Source of the DNA: Firmicutes bacterium UBA3738 | Lineage (GTDB): Bacteria > Bacillota > Clostridia > Peptostreptococcales > Anaerovoracaceae | Direction: 5' to 3' | Assembly (NCBI GenBank): GCA_002372505.1 | Contig: DFGY01000062.1 | Span: forward strand, 28,322-92,321 | Length of the DNA stretch: 64,000 nt | In this document: positions 45,020 to 54,242 of the stretch, one piece after another | Layout of the letters: every line of letters starts with the position of its first letter | Numbering within the stretch: the stretch's first letter is position 1 | Translations under genes and position numbers: made by a program | Notes under the pieces: generated by a model | What the model was told of the DNA's origin: nothing | The model's database searches: none | Seen by the model: only the letters and a program-made list of their open reading frames with translations

Positions 45020-45090
45020 GAATTATCTGAAATTTCTTTATGTTTATTTATGTTCGAATTCTACTGTAGTGGTAGGTGATATTCTCGCGC

Positions 45091-45124
45091 AAAAAGATGA
45101 CAGGAGAACCGTCCCCTTGTCATC
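45091..45124 (-). terminator. Rho-independent terminator of the acyl-CoA synthetase gene
   Basis: Minus strand reads GATGACAAGGGGACGGTTCTCCTGTCATC followed by TTTTT. The stop TGA is the first part of the stem. Confidence 0.75.
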
Positions 45125-46889
45125 TTTTTTGTTTGGCGATTTCTTCTTTTTCCAGGACGGTGTAGGCGACTTTGCCGACGAGGGTCTGGGGGAGTTCTTT
45201 GCGGTATTCGAATTCGTAGGGCATGGCGTAGCGAGCGATGTTCTTGCGGCAGTGTTCTTCGATGTCTTTCTGTACTGCGGCTGTGGGCTCGATGCCGTCT
45301 TTAAGCACTACGAAGGCTTTGACCTTTTGCATTTTGTATTCGTCGGGGACGCCGATGACTGTGCTCATGAGGACGTTTTCGTTGGCGTCGATGACGTTCT
45401 CCAGCTGGGATGGGTAAATGGAATAGCCGGAGGATACGATCATTCTCTTCAGGCGCTGCTTGAAGTAGATGAATCCTTCCTCGTCCATGACTCCCAAGTC
45501 GCCGGTGTGTAGCCAGGTAAGGCCGTCCGGGTGCTTCTGCAGTGTGGAGGCTGTCTCCTCCGGTGCGTCCAGGTATCCCTTCATGACGGAAGGGCCGCTG
45601 ATGCAGATCTCACCTTCCTCGCCGAAGTCCACTTCCACCTTGGTACTGGGCTTGACAATTTTGTAGTATGTGTCCGGGAATGGAATCCCGATGCTGCCTA
45701 CTTTATGGTAGTCCTTGGGCGTCAGGCAGCTGGCTGTTACGCATTCCGTAAGGCCGTAGCCTTCTCTGACCTGGACGTTGGCGCCGTGAGCGTGAAGGAA
45801 GTCGTCGACTTTCTTTTTGAGTTCCACGGACAGAGAGTCGCCGCCGGAGAATACGCCCTTCAGGCAGGAAAGATCCAGGCCCTCGACTTTCTTACTACGC
45901 AGCAGAGCTTCATATAATGTAGGAACTCCTGCGATATAGTTTGGTTTCACCTGTCCCAGCAGCTTGGCGTAGGTTTCTACGCTGAACTGAGGCACCAGGT
46001 GGCACACACAGCCTGCAATGAGCATGGTGTGAATGCCGACCCCAAGGCCGAAGCCATGGAATACAGGCATAATAGAAAGCATTTTCTCACCGGCTGTAAT
46101 GATACGGCTGGCTGCCCCGGTCTGCATTCCCAGAGCGTTAAAGTTTAGGTTTGTAAGAAGGATGCCCTTCATGGTACCTGTGGTGCCGCCGCTGTAGAGA
46201 ATTGCGGCAGCCTCGCTGGCGTGCTTTGCCACGTGGTACTCCCCATGGTAAGAGCGACCCATCTCAATAAATTTTTTATACTTAACAGTCCCTGCCTCAT
46301 TGGGGACCTTCTTGATTTTACGTCCTTTTGTGAGTTTGAAGCCTAGCTTCAGAGCTCCGGTTATTTCATCGCCTATTGACGCTGCGATAATAGTTTCAAG
46401 GGCCGGAGCCGCCTCCTTAGCCTTTCTGACCTTGGGATAGAAGGCATCCAGAGTGAGGATGGCCTTGCTCTTGGAAAGGTTCAGGAAGTACTCAATTTCC
46501 TTCTCCGCAGACAGAGGGTGCACCATGTTCGAAATGGCCCCTACCATATTGATTGCGTAGAACATAATGATGGCCTGGGGAGTATTGGGCATGCAAATGG
46601 TCACCTTGTCCCCTTCATTTATGCCGATGGCCTTGAGAGCTCTGGCGCACTCTTCGATGCGGACGATGAACTCTGCGTAGGTGGCACTGGTGTTCATAAA
46701 TTCATAGGCCGTGTAATCGGAATAGTTCTCCGCGTTGCGAATGATGAGGTCTACCATAGAGCAGTCAGGATACTCCAGATGAGCCGGCACCTTTTCGTCG
46801 GCGCCGTACCAGGGAGTCCTGACCTCTGTCTGTGGTTGCTCAAGCTTTGTATTGTCTATGTGTGCAATTTTCTTCTTCTTAGTAGTCAT
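45120..46889 (-). CDS. AMP-dependent acyl-CoA synthetase/ligase (long-chain-fatty-acid--CoA ligase-like)
   Basis: AMP-binding motifs YSGGTTGTMKG and REGYGLTEC; 589 aa. Confidence 0.9.
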   Translation of the reverse strand: MTTKKKKIAHIDNTKLEQPQTEVRTPWYGADEKVPAHLEYPDCSMVDLIIRNAENYSDYTAYEFMNTSATYAEFIVRIEECARALKAIGINEGDKVTICMPNTPQAIIMFYAINMVGAISNMVHPLSAEKEIEYFLNLSKSKAILTLDAFYPKVRKAKEAAPALETIIAASIGDEITGALKLGFKLTKGRKIKKVPNEAGTVKYKKFIEMGRSYHGEYHVAKHASEAAAILYSGGTTGTMKGILLTNLNFNALGMQTGAASRIITAGEKMLSIMPVFHGFGLGVGIHTMLIAGCVCHLVPQFSVETYAKLLGQVKPNYIAGVPTLYEALLRSKKVEGLDLSCLKGVFSGGDSLSVELKKKVDDFLHAHGANVQVREGYGLTECVTASCLTPKDYHKVGSIGIPFPDTYYKIVKPSTKVEVDFGEEGEICISGPSVMKGYLDAPEETASTLQKHPDGLTWLHTGDLGVMDEEGFIYFKQRLKRMIVSSGYSIYPSQLENVIDANENVLMSTVIGVPDEYKMQKVKAFVVLKDGIEPTAAVQKDIEEHCRKNIARYAMPYEFEYRKELPQTLVGKVAYTVLEKEEIAKQKR

Positions 46890-47754
46890 ATCCCGGATCC
46901 TCCTTCACCGGAAGCTCCAGGCATTCCGGATGTTCAATATATTCCTTTAGCAATTTGACGCATCTGGCAAAGTAAAAGCCGTCAGCGATTCTTTCGTCCA
47001 GCGTAATTCCAAAGTTTACGACATCTCTGATTTCAGTCTCGCCGTCCTTGTTCAGCACCGGCGCTTTATGAATCTCACCGATAGTCACCATAATGGAAGT
47101 GGTGCCGTAGTTGTTCAGATGATGATAAGGTGCGTCGCACTTTACGCTGCCCAGGTTGGACAACATAAGGGTGGCGTAGTTGGAATCGTCCTTGGTAATG
47201 GACTCAGGCACCCAGCCGTGAAAGTCCATGATTCTGAAGGCCTGCATGAAGAGCCTCTGGCCGAAGCGTGGCAGCTTCATGTAGAAGTCAAAGGCGGAAT
47301 CAATTCCTACAGGCTTGCCGTCTCTGAGATCGCTGGCGTCGCCGATAATGGTCTTGCATGTGTCATTCAAAGTCTGATTTTCATCTATGGGCATGACCAG
47401 GAGCAGCTCCTCGGACTTGTCCTCGAACTTGCGCCTTACCACGAAGGCCATGGTGATTTCGTTTCTGTCGTAAATCCTCCGTCCCTGAATGAATCTGTTG
47501 AGCAGCGGTCTGTGGTAGATCAGCTTGCCCAGGGCGTGGACAAAAAGATGGAAGGGGGTCATCTTAAACTCAGCACCCTCTCCATTGTGTTCTTCTACGT
47601 ATTTCAACACATTGGTAACATCGAACTGTTCCTGGATATATACCTCTGCGTCGCATCTGTTGGGGAATAGATTAGTCATTATGGCATGGAGTCCGTCTAT
47701 GTCACGGACACGCGTACCGTCCTTTCGGTCACCCCACCTTTTCTTCTTCTTCAT
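46879..47754 (-). CDS. 2-oxoacid dehydrogenase E2-type acyltransferase catalytic-domain-like protein
   Basis: The C-terminal ITLDERIADG aligns to the E2/CAT DHRxxDG motif, with Glu in place of His. The ATG at 47754 with RBS AGGAAGGAAAG is preferred over the TTG at 47799. Overlaps the downstream ligase gene by 11 nt. Confidence 0.7.
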   Translation of the reverse strand: MKKKKRWGDRKDGTRVRDIDGLHAIMTNLFPNRCDAEVYIQEQFDVTNVLKYVEEHNGEGAEFKMTPFHLFVHALGKLIYHRPLLNRFIQGRRIYDRNEITMAFVVRRKFEDKSEELLLVMPIDENQTLNDTCKTIIGDASDLRDGKPVGIDSAFDFYMKLPRFGQRLFMQAFRIMDFHGWVPESITKDDSNYATLMLSNLGSVKCDAPYHHLNNYGTTSIMVTIGEIHKAPVLNKDGETEIRDVVNFGITLDERIADGFYFARCVKLLKEYIEHPECLELPVKEDPGYDY

Positions 47755-47883
47755 TTTGATTGTTCTTTCCTTCCTAAAAGCTGTCGAAAATCTTTCCAAG
47801 ATATATTATCAATGAACACAAGGAAATACAAGTGTAGTTTTTTTCCTTTGTACATACTGCCCTCCCCGTGATATAATGTCTGC

Positions 47884-49878
47884 ATGTTAGAATCACTTGA
47901 TAAATCCGGGCAGGGAATAATGGAGGCGCTGGCCACACTGTTTGACTCATACCCGGCACTGGCTACATACTATACGACTGCCGCAAGGTGGATCTTTGTG
48001 GGACTGGCTGTTTTTATTCTTGGAAAGACGGCTCTGTCTCTTTTGGCGAGAAGAAATCCATCGGAAATCTGGGCCTATCTCCGCCTGCCTGATGGCAGCG
48101 TAAGGCCTCTCACCCACTGGGAAAACGTTATCGGGCGCGCACGGAGCTCCGATATTGTAATAGATGTAATGACCGTGTCCAGGAATCACGGCACCTTGAG
48201 CCGTGACCAGTACGGCAACTGGCGGTATAACGACCTGGGCTCCAAAGGGGGATCCCTCATTAATGGAAGGTCCGTGTACCAGTCCACTCCCGTGGAAATG
48301 GGCGACACCATTACCCTTGGAGGCGCAGACTGCATTCTCGTACCGCCCAGCCTCAAAGAAAAACAAGAAAACATCAAGCAAAGATTAAGGAGCACAAGGG
48401 GCGTCCTCCCCTGGTCTCCCATCATTGCCATTACCATATTTCAGATAATGACAGTCATGCAACTCTTCGCATCAAAAGGCAGCAAGCTGCCCTTTACGGT
48501 GCTGCTGTCATTCCTGCTGCTCACCATAGTAATGTGGGCATACTGCATATTCCTACGAATAATGAGTAACCGGGCCTTTGAAATGGAGGCCATCGCCTTT
48601 TTCCTATGTACTCTCAGTCTGGCTGTGGTATCCACATCGGAGCCGGAGTCGACATTTAAGCAGTTCATTGCAATAGTAATAGGAATAATTATCTATACCG
48701 TCATGATGTTCTTCATAAGGAACCTGGAGAGAGGCGTGAAAATCAGGAACCTGCTCATGATTATCAGCGTGGCTCTGCTGCTCTTTAACGTGGTCTTCGG
48801 GGAAGAGCGAAACGGCGCCACAGCATGGGTCAGCATCGGCGGCTACAACATGCAGCCATCGGAGCTTGTAAAAATCGCATTCATATTCATCGGCTCCGCC
48901 ACCTTGGATGAACTATACGAAAAGCGGAACCTGACTGTATTCATGATATTCTCTATATTCTGCCTGGGATGCCTGGCTCTCATGAACGACTTCGGTACTG
49001 CTCTCATATTCTTCGTAACCTTCCTGATTATTTCATTCCTCAGGAGCGGAGAATTCACAAAGCTCATACTTGTCCTTGGAGTCTGCGCCGTCGGCGGCCT
49101 AATGGCCATACGATTCGTAGGGCACATTGCCAACAGATTCGCCACCTGGGGACATGTGTGGGATTATCCTGATGCAGGAGGCTTCCAGCAGGTAAGGGCT
49201 ATGTCAGCCGGCGCCAGCGGCGGCCTGGCGGGAGTAGGCGCGGGAAATGGCTGGTTCAAAAGCATTTTCGCATCTAACGCCGACCTAGTATTCTGCTACA
49301 TCCAAGAGGAATGGGGTCTCATCATCGCCATACTGGCGGTGCTGGCAATTATAATTCTCGGACTATACGCGGTACGCTCAATTAAATCCGGGCGTTCCAC
49401 TTTCTATACAATTGCGGCTTGCTCCGCTACGTCACTGCTCATATTCCAGTCCACACTCAACGTACTGGGTACTGTGGACGTACTTCCCTTTACGGGAGTC
49501 ACACTGCCCTTCGTATCCAACGGCGGAACCAGTATGATGTCCAGCTGGGGACTGCTGGCCTTCCTTAAGGCGGCTGACACGAGACAGGGCGCCAGCATAG
49601 CCGTAAAAGACGATTCAGAAGATAACGATGAACTCTTCATCGAAGACTATATCGCCATGGCAGACGAAGAGGCCTCGGAGCAGAGACTGGCTCAGGCCCA
49701 AAAGACACAGAGGACTCGCAGTCCTCATGGACAGTCTCAGCCCGGCCCGCAGACCCGCAGCACCAGACCTGCACCCAAGCAGCGTCAGCCGGAGCAGGGC
49801 AGGCCGAGGAATCCAAACCTGCGTCAGGGCGATGTTGAAATTACTGATTTTTCACAGCTGGAGGACGATGATCTATGA
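47884..49878 (+). CDS. FHA domain fused to a SEDS-family (FtsW/RodA) peptidoglycan polymerase
   Basis: FHA core NVIGRARSSDIVIDVMTVSRNHGTLS...GSKGGSLINGRSV. Ten-TM SEDS body. Disordered Q/P/R-rich tail. An alternative start lies at 47920. Confidence 0.85.
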   Translation: MLESLDKSGQGIMEALATLFDSYPALATYYTTAARWIFVGLAVFILGKTALSLLARRNPSEIWAYLRLPDGSVRPLTHWENVIGRARSSDIVIDVMTVSRNHGTLSRDQYGNWRYNDLGSKGGSLINGRSVYQSTPVEMGDTITLGGADCILVPPSLKEKQENIKQRLRSTRGVLPWSPIIAITIFQIMTVMQLFASKGSKLPFTVLLSFLLLTIVMWAYCIFLRIMSNRAFEMEAIAFFLCTLSLAVVSTSEPESTFKQFIAIVIGIIIYTVMMFFIRNLERGVKIRNLLMIISVALLLFNVVFGEERNGATAWVSIGGYNMQPSELVKIAFIFIGSATLDELYEKRNLTVFMIFSIFCLGCLALMNDFGTALIFFVTFLIISFLRSGEFTKLILVLGVCAVGGLMAIRFVGHIANRFATWGHVWDYPDAGGFQQVRAMSAGASGGLAGVGAGNGWFKSIFASNADLVFCYIQEEWGLIIAILAVLAIIILGLYAVRSIKSGRSTFYTIAACSATSLLIFQSTLNVLGTVDVLPFTGVTLPFVSNGGTSMMSSWGLLAFLKAADTRQGASIAVKDDSEDNDELFIEDYIAMADEEASEQRLAQAQKTQRTRSPHGQSQPGPQTRSTRPAPKQRQPEQGRPRNPNLRQGDVEITDFSQLEDDDL

Positions 49879-51245
49879 AGAAACTAGAGAGAAGAGCAAT
49901 ACTGTGCCTGGCCCTCGTCCTCGTGCTCCTCGGAGGTATCGGCTACTACGTGACCAGACTCGTAGAGTATGGCGGCGACTGGGTCAGCTACCCGGCCAAC
50001 AAGCACATTTACAATAACGGCTACATTGCCAAGGGAGTAATCTACGATCGCAACGGCAAGCTCCTGGTGAAGAACAATTCCGAGGGCAAGAAGGTATATA
50101 ACGACACGGAGGGAATACGCCGCGCCACAGTTCATGTGGTGGGAGATAAGGTCGGAAACATTGCCACCGGTGCCAACATTGTCTTTGCCGACAAGCTGGT
50201 AGGCTATAACTTTATCGACGGCACCTACACCACCAACGACAAGAGCCGTGAGCTTTACCTTACCATTGATGCAGACGTGTGCCGCACAGCCAACCAGGCT
50301 CTGGATGGAAGGGACGGCACTGTTGGCGTATACAATTACAAGACCGGCGAGATCATCTGCATGGTCAGCTCGCCTAATTACGATCCCAACAATCCGCCGG
50401 AGGTCAGCTCCGACGACGACTCGGGGATCTACATAAACAAATTCATCAGCAACCGCACGGTGCCCGGCTCCACATTCAAGCTCATTACCGCCACGGCGGC
50501 CATTGACACCATGGATGATTACGAAGACTTCACCTACACCTGCAAGGGCTTCGAGCAGTACGGCAAGGCCAAGGTTGACCGGGTTAAGTGCGCTTATCCT
50601 CACGGAACTGTGGATATACAGAAGGCACTGGAGGTGTCCTGCAACTGCGCCTTCGGCAAGCTGGCCTCGGAAGTAGGCCAGAAAAAGATGGAGGAATACA
50701 CACAGAGAGCAGGTCTTCTGGGCAGGTATTCCATTGACGGAATAATGACTCTGCCCAGCTCCATAGAATTTACCAGCGGCGGCGTCAGCCTGGCATGGGC
50801 AGGCATCGGTCAGTACCACGACCTGGTGAACCCCTGCTCCATGATGGTCTACATGGGAGCTATCGCAAATCACGGTGAGGCGCCCATTCCGAGAATTCTG
50901 TCCAAGATGAAGCTGCCTAGCGGCCTTCCCGGCAGCGTAGGCGACACTCAGATGACGGATGAGCTTATTAACGCCGACACGGCGAAGACTCTGGCCCGCT
51001 ACATGCGTCTTAACGTTGAGAACAACTACGGGTCATACAACTTCCCGGATCTAAAACTCTACGCCAAGTCCGGTACAGCCGAGCTGGGGGACGACAAGTC
51101 TCCTCACGCCTGGTTCGTAGGCTTCATCAAGAATGAAGACTATCCCTACGCCTTCGTCTGCCTGGTTGAGAACGGCGGACGCGGTGCGGAAGTAGCCGGC
51201 AACGTTGCCAATCAGGTGCTTCAGAAAATTATAGGCAACGATTAA
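49875..51245 (+). CDS. Class B penicillin-binding protein (transpeptidase)
   Basis: STFK (PGSTFKLITA), SCN (VSCNCAF) and KSG (AKSGTAE) motifs. ATGA overlap with the SEDS gene. Confidence 0.9.
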   Translation: MKKLERRAILCLALVLVLLGGIGYYVTRLVEYGGDWVSYPANKHIYNNGYIAKGVIYDRNGKLLVKNNSEGKKVYNDTEGIRRATVHVVGDKVGNIATGANIVFADKLVGYNFIDGTYTTNDKSRELYLTIDADVCRTANQALDGRDGTVGVYNYKTGEIICMVSSPNYDPNNPPEVSSDDDSGIYINKFISNRTVPGSTFKLITATAAIDTMDDYEDFTYTCKGFEQYGKAKVDRVKCAYPHGTVDIQKALEVSCNCAFGKLASEVGQKKMEEYTQRAGLLGRYSIDGIMTLPSSIEFTSGGVSLAWAGIGQYHDLVNPCSMMVYMGAIANHGEAPIPRILSKMKLPSGLPGSVGDTQMTDELINADTAKTLARYMRLNVENNYGSYNFPDLKLYAKSGTAELGDDKSPHAWFVGFIKNEDYPYAFVCLVENGGRGAEVAGNVANQVLQKIIGND

Positions 51246-51301
51246 TAATTGTGATACAATGTCCGAGGAAAAATACTTTATAATTTTCACCGGAGGTATC
51301 A

Positions 51302-52339
51302 ATGAAACGCAAATCTAGCAAATCCAATGTAGCAGTCATAGTTTTAGTTATAGCTATAATAATAGCCGCAGGTGTACTTGTTTATGTCCTGGCATCAAAT
51401 TCCGGCGACAAAAAAGAGGAACCTGCAAAGAAAGTAGAAAAGGAAGTGGTCAAGAGCGACATCAATCCCCTGACAGGCCTCAAGCTCACAGGAGACGAGC
51501 TCACAAGACCCTTCATAGTATCCACGGGTAACGATAACGCAGCTGCCCGTCCACAGTCGGGACTGTCCCAGGCTGACATTATGTACGAAGTACCCATAGA
51601 AGGCGGCGGCAGCAGATACGAGCCCATCTACTACTCACAGCAGCCCGGACTGGTTGGTGAAATAAGGAGCATCAGACCTTACATCATCAACATCGCCAGA
51701 GAGTACAAGGCAGTCCTGGTTCACAACGGCAAGAGCCCTCAGGCCAAGAAACTGTTCCACACAATCGACAGACTTTCCACAGCCGGACACTTCGATATAT
51801 TCCACCACGAGGACAGACCACCGGAAGGCAACTTCTTCTCCAGTGGCGACCTCATTGTAAAGAGAATGAAGAAGAGAGGATTCTACAAGCCTCAGGAGCT
51901 GAGAACATTCCAGTGGCTGGAAAAGGATGCGGCTCCCGAAGGCAAGGACATGAAGGACGCAACCAACATCACAGTTAACTACGCAGACTTTACATACAAC
52001 ACATTCAAGTACGACCCGGAGACAAAGCTCTACACCAAGTATGTAAACGACGAGACCATGATAGACTACAACAACCAGAAGGCCATTACCTGCGCCAACA
52101 TCCTGGTTCAGGAAGTCCCCTTCAAGACCTACGACGAGCAGCGTCTCAACATCGACATGACCAAGGGCGGCAAGGCCACCATGTTCACACAGGGTAAGGT
52201 TGTAAAGGGCAAGTGGTCCCGCAAGGATCTTGACTCACCGACTATATTCTCCGACGGAGACGGAAAGGAATTCAAGATGACGCCGGGTAACACCTGGGTA
52301 CAGTTAATCGATAGCACGGTAAAATTCGAATACAAATAG
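51302..52339 (+). CDS. DUF3048 (YerB-like) domain protein
   Basis: N-terminal anchor, then RPFIVSTGNDNAAARPQSGLSQADIMYEVPIEGGGSRYEPIY, typical of DUF3048. Confidence 0.75.
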   Translation: MKRKSSKSNVAVIVLVIAIIIAAGVLVYVLASNSGDKKEEPAKKVEKEVVKSDINPLTGLKLTGDELTRPFIVSTGNDNAAARPQSGLSQADIMYEVPIEGGGSRYEPIYYSQQPGLVGEIRSIRPYIINIAREYKAVLVHNGKSPQAKKLFHTIDRLSTAGHFDIFHHEDRPPEGNFFSSGDLIVKRMKKRGFYKPQELRTFQWLEKDAAPEGKDMKDATNITVNYADFTYNTFKYDPETKLYTKYVNDETMIDYNNQKAITCANILVQEVPFKTYDEQRLNIDMTKGGKATMFTQGKVVKGKWSRKDLDSPTIFSDGDGKEFKMTPGNTWVQLIDSTVKFEYK

Positions 52340-52362
52340 AGCTTACAAACAGAGAGCAAATT

Positions 52363-52611
52363 ATGAAACATACATTTATTCCATCTGGCGTTTGTTCCAG
52401 AAAGATTGACTTCGAAATTGAGGACGGAGCAGTCAAAAATATAGAATTCACAGGAGGCTGCGACGGAAATCTGAAGGCCATCAGCATTCTTGCAGAGGGA
52501 ATGCAGGTTGATGAAGTAATAGAAAAACTGGCCGGCAACACCTGCGGTCACAAGGACACATCGTGCGCAGACCAGTTTACTATGGCTCTCCGTCAGGCTC
52601 TCGCCGAGTAA
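52363..52611 (+). CDS. TSCPD-domain small protein (TIGR03905-like, 4-Cys)
   Basis: GVCSRKIDFEIEDG..I..IEFTGGCDGN......NTCG.K.TSCADQ pattern. Confidence 0.8.
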   Translation: MKHTFIPSGVCSRKIDFEIEDGAVKNIEFTGGCDGNLKAISILAEGMQVDEVIEKLAGNTCGHKDTSCADQFTMALRQALAE

Positions 52612-52613
52612 AT

Positions 52614-54227
52614 TTATTTACCGAATACAACTCTTACAGTATGTCTTTTAGTAACCTTCTTAAAGACATACTTATTTTTTAGCTTCTTTTTCTTGCCGTC
52701 GATTTTCACGCTCTTGATTTTGTATCCGGCCTTGGGAGTGATATTTACAACGAACTTCTTGCCGTACTTGACTTTGGTTGACTTTGTAATAGAGCCCTTT
52801 CCTCTTTGCTTTGTCTTAACCAGGAATTTCTTTATGCATCTATCTGCCTTGGCGATGTAGCTTTCCGCCGTTAGCTGGAGTTCTTCCACATCGTACTTTT
52901 CAACCTTGTTCATTGCGGCGACGCCTTTTTTAATTACGGTCTTTACCTTGCCCTGGGAATATTTTTTCTTGTTTTTCTTTTTTGTGTAGGACTTCAGCTT
53001 CTTCGTCGTGCTCTTCTTAAGGTCGTTAAATTCCTTCTTGGCCTTGGGCACGGTTTTAAGATTTTTCTTGAGCTCGGCAATGACGCCGTACACTTCGTAC
53101 TTCTTGGTGGCACTTTGTATTATGCTCTTTGCCGTCTGGAAATATGATTCCACCAGAGTCCATTTAGCTGCGGAATAATTGTACTGGCTGTAGCCACTGG
53201 TAAGGGCATTGTACTCCTTCGCAACCTTGAGGAAGTCGTCCATGGTCATATCCGGGCAGCTGACGCCTGTCTTCTTTATGAGGGCGGCCAGCTGCTTGTC
53301 TCCCGCCCTGTATATTGCATCCACATCTTCTATCTTATCAAGAGTGACTGTCTTGAATTTTTGGATATTCTTTTTCAGCTTATCCTTGTTAGCCTTGCTC
53401 CCCACCATATCCAGCTGCTTGTCCACGTAGATATTGAGTCTATCAATTACCTCTAGGCGTGCCATTTCGACCTGGTCTTTATTGTAAATGGGCTCACCTT
53501 CTGCTTCCACCAATATCCAGCCCTCTTCATCTTCTTCGGGAATGAGAGGAATGAGAATGCTTTCTTCATCTTCGCCGAAGGAAAATTTTATTTCCTCGAA
53601 CCAATCCGGGACGGTTGCGGATACAGCCTGAGCCAGCTTGGAATAAATCTCCTCAGCCAGAATCATGTAGTCTCTGAATGTCTTTATTTCCTTGAGAGCC
53701 TTGTTGGCCTCGTAAATTAAATTCTGAATTTTACCCCAGTAAAAATCGTTAAAGTCCTTTCTGTTAAGCAGTGATTTGTAAGTCTTAATCTCCTTGCCCA
53801 GATCCCTCTTCATTACTTTAAGGTCGCTTTTGCTCTTAGCGTAATGCTTTATCAAGGAGCCCAGTCTGGCCATGAGGTTGATTTCCTCTTCGATTTTCGG
53901 AGACAGATTTACGAAGATTCCATCGGTGGTAAACAGCTCCTGAGGAGTCTTCGCCGACTCTATCATTTTTTGGGATCTATTATATGAATCCTGAATTTCC
54001 TTCCACACATCAGCGCAGTAGAAAGACTTGTCCTTCACATATTCCTCGTAGGCTTCGTCCAGGAATTCCATCACGAACCCCTTGTCCTCCTTCAGGGAGT
54101 CATTTGTAGGCATAGCCTTGGTATTGGCTATTCTCATTCCCCCGGAGGCATGAGCCTCAGCTCCGAAAGCGGGAGTGAGGGAACAAACAAGACATGCCGC
54201 AAGTACAATTGAAATTATCTTTTTCAT
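52614..54227 (-). CDS. Secreted hypothetical protein with a lysine-rich C-terminal Ig-like domain (537 aa)
   Basis: Signal peptide MKKIISIVLAACLVCSLTPAFGAEAHA. Helical K/E-rich body. Lies 16 nt downstream of the S8 protease gene. Confidence 0.7.
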   Translation of the reverse strand: MKKIISIVLAACLVCSLTPAFGAEAHASGGMRIANTKAMPTNDSLKEDKGFVMEFLDEAYEEYVKDKSFYCADVWKEIQDSYNRSQKMIESAKTPQELFTTDGIFVNLSPKIEEEINLMARLGSLIKHYAKSKSDLKVMKRDLGKEIKTYKSLLNRKDFNDFYWGKIQNLIYEANKALKEIKTFRDYMILAEEIYSKLAQAVSATVPDWFEEIKFSFGEDEESILIPLIPEEDEEGWILVEAEGEPIYNKDQVEMARLEVIDRLNIYVDKQLDMVGSKANKDKLKKNIQKFKTVTLDKIEDVDAIYRAGDKQLAALIKKTGVSCPDMTMDDFLKVAKEYNALTSGYSQYNYSAAKWTLVESYFQTAKSIIQSATKKYEVYGVIAELKKNLKTVPKAKKEFNDLKKSTTKKLKSYTKKKNKKKYSQGKVKTVIKKGVAAMNKVEKYDVEELQLTAESYIAKADRCIKKFLVKTKQRGKGSITKSTKVKYGKKFVVNITPKAGYKIKSVKIDGKKKKLKNKYVFKKVTKRHTVRVVFGK

Positions 54228-54242
54228 TTTATCCCTCCTCTC

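Noticed and set aside
44472-45090. RNase P RNA, tmRNA or SRP RNA identity for the structured region next to tRNA-Pro
   Set aside because: I could not find the universally conserved RNase P GAGGAAAGUCC-type block, a tRNA-like GGGG...UCCACCA pair with a tag ORF (tmRNA), or the SRP domain IV GGAA/AGCA motifs in a proper helix. The class is left open.
49884-50873. A 329-aa ORF antisense to the PBP gene, and similar long antisense ORFs (for example 8558-9139, 7419-7949, 1051-1746, 12521-13219, 23163-23897 and 35261-35848)
   Set aside because: Each lies opposite a gene with clear family motifs. The translations are low-complexity or compositionally odd and lack RBSs. They are typical shadow ORFs.
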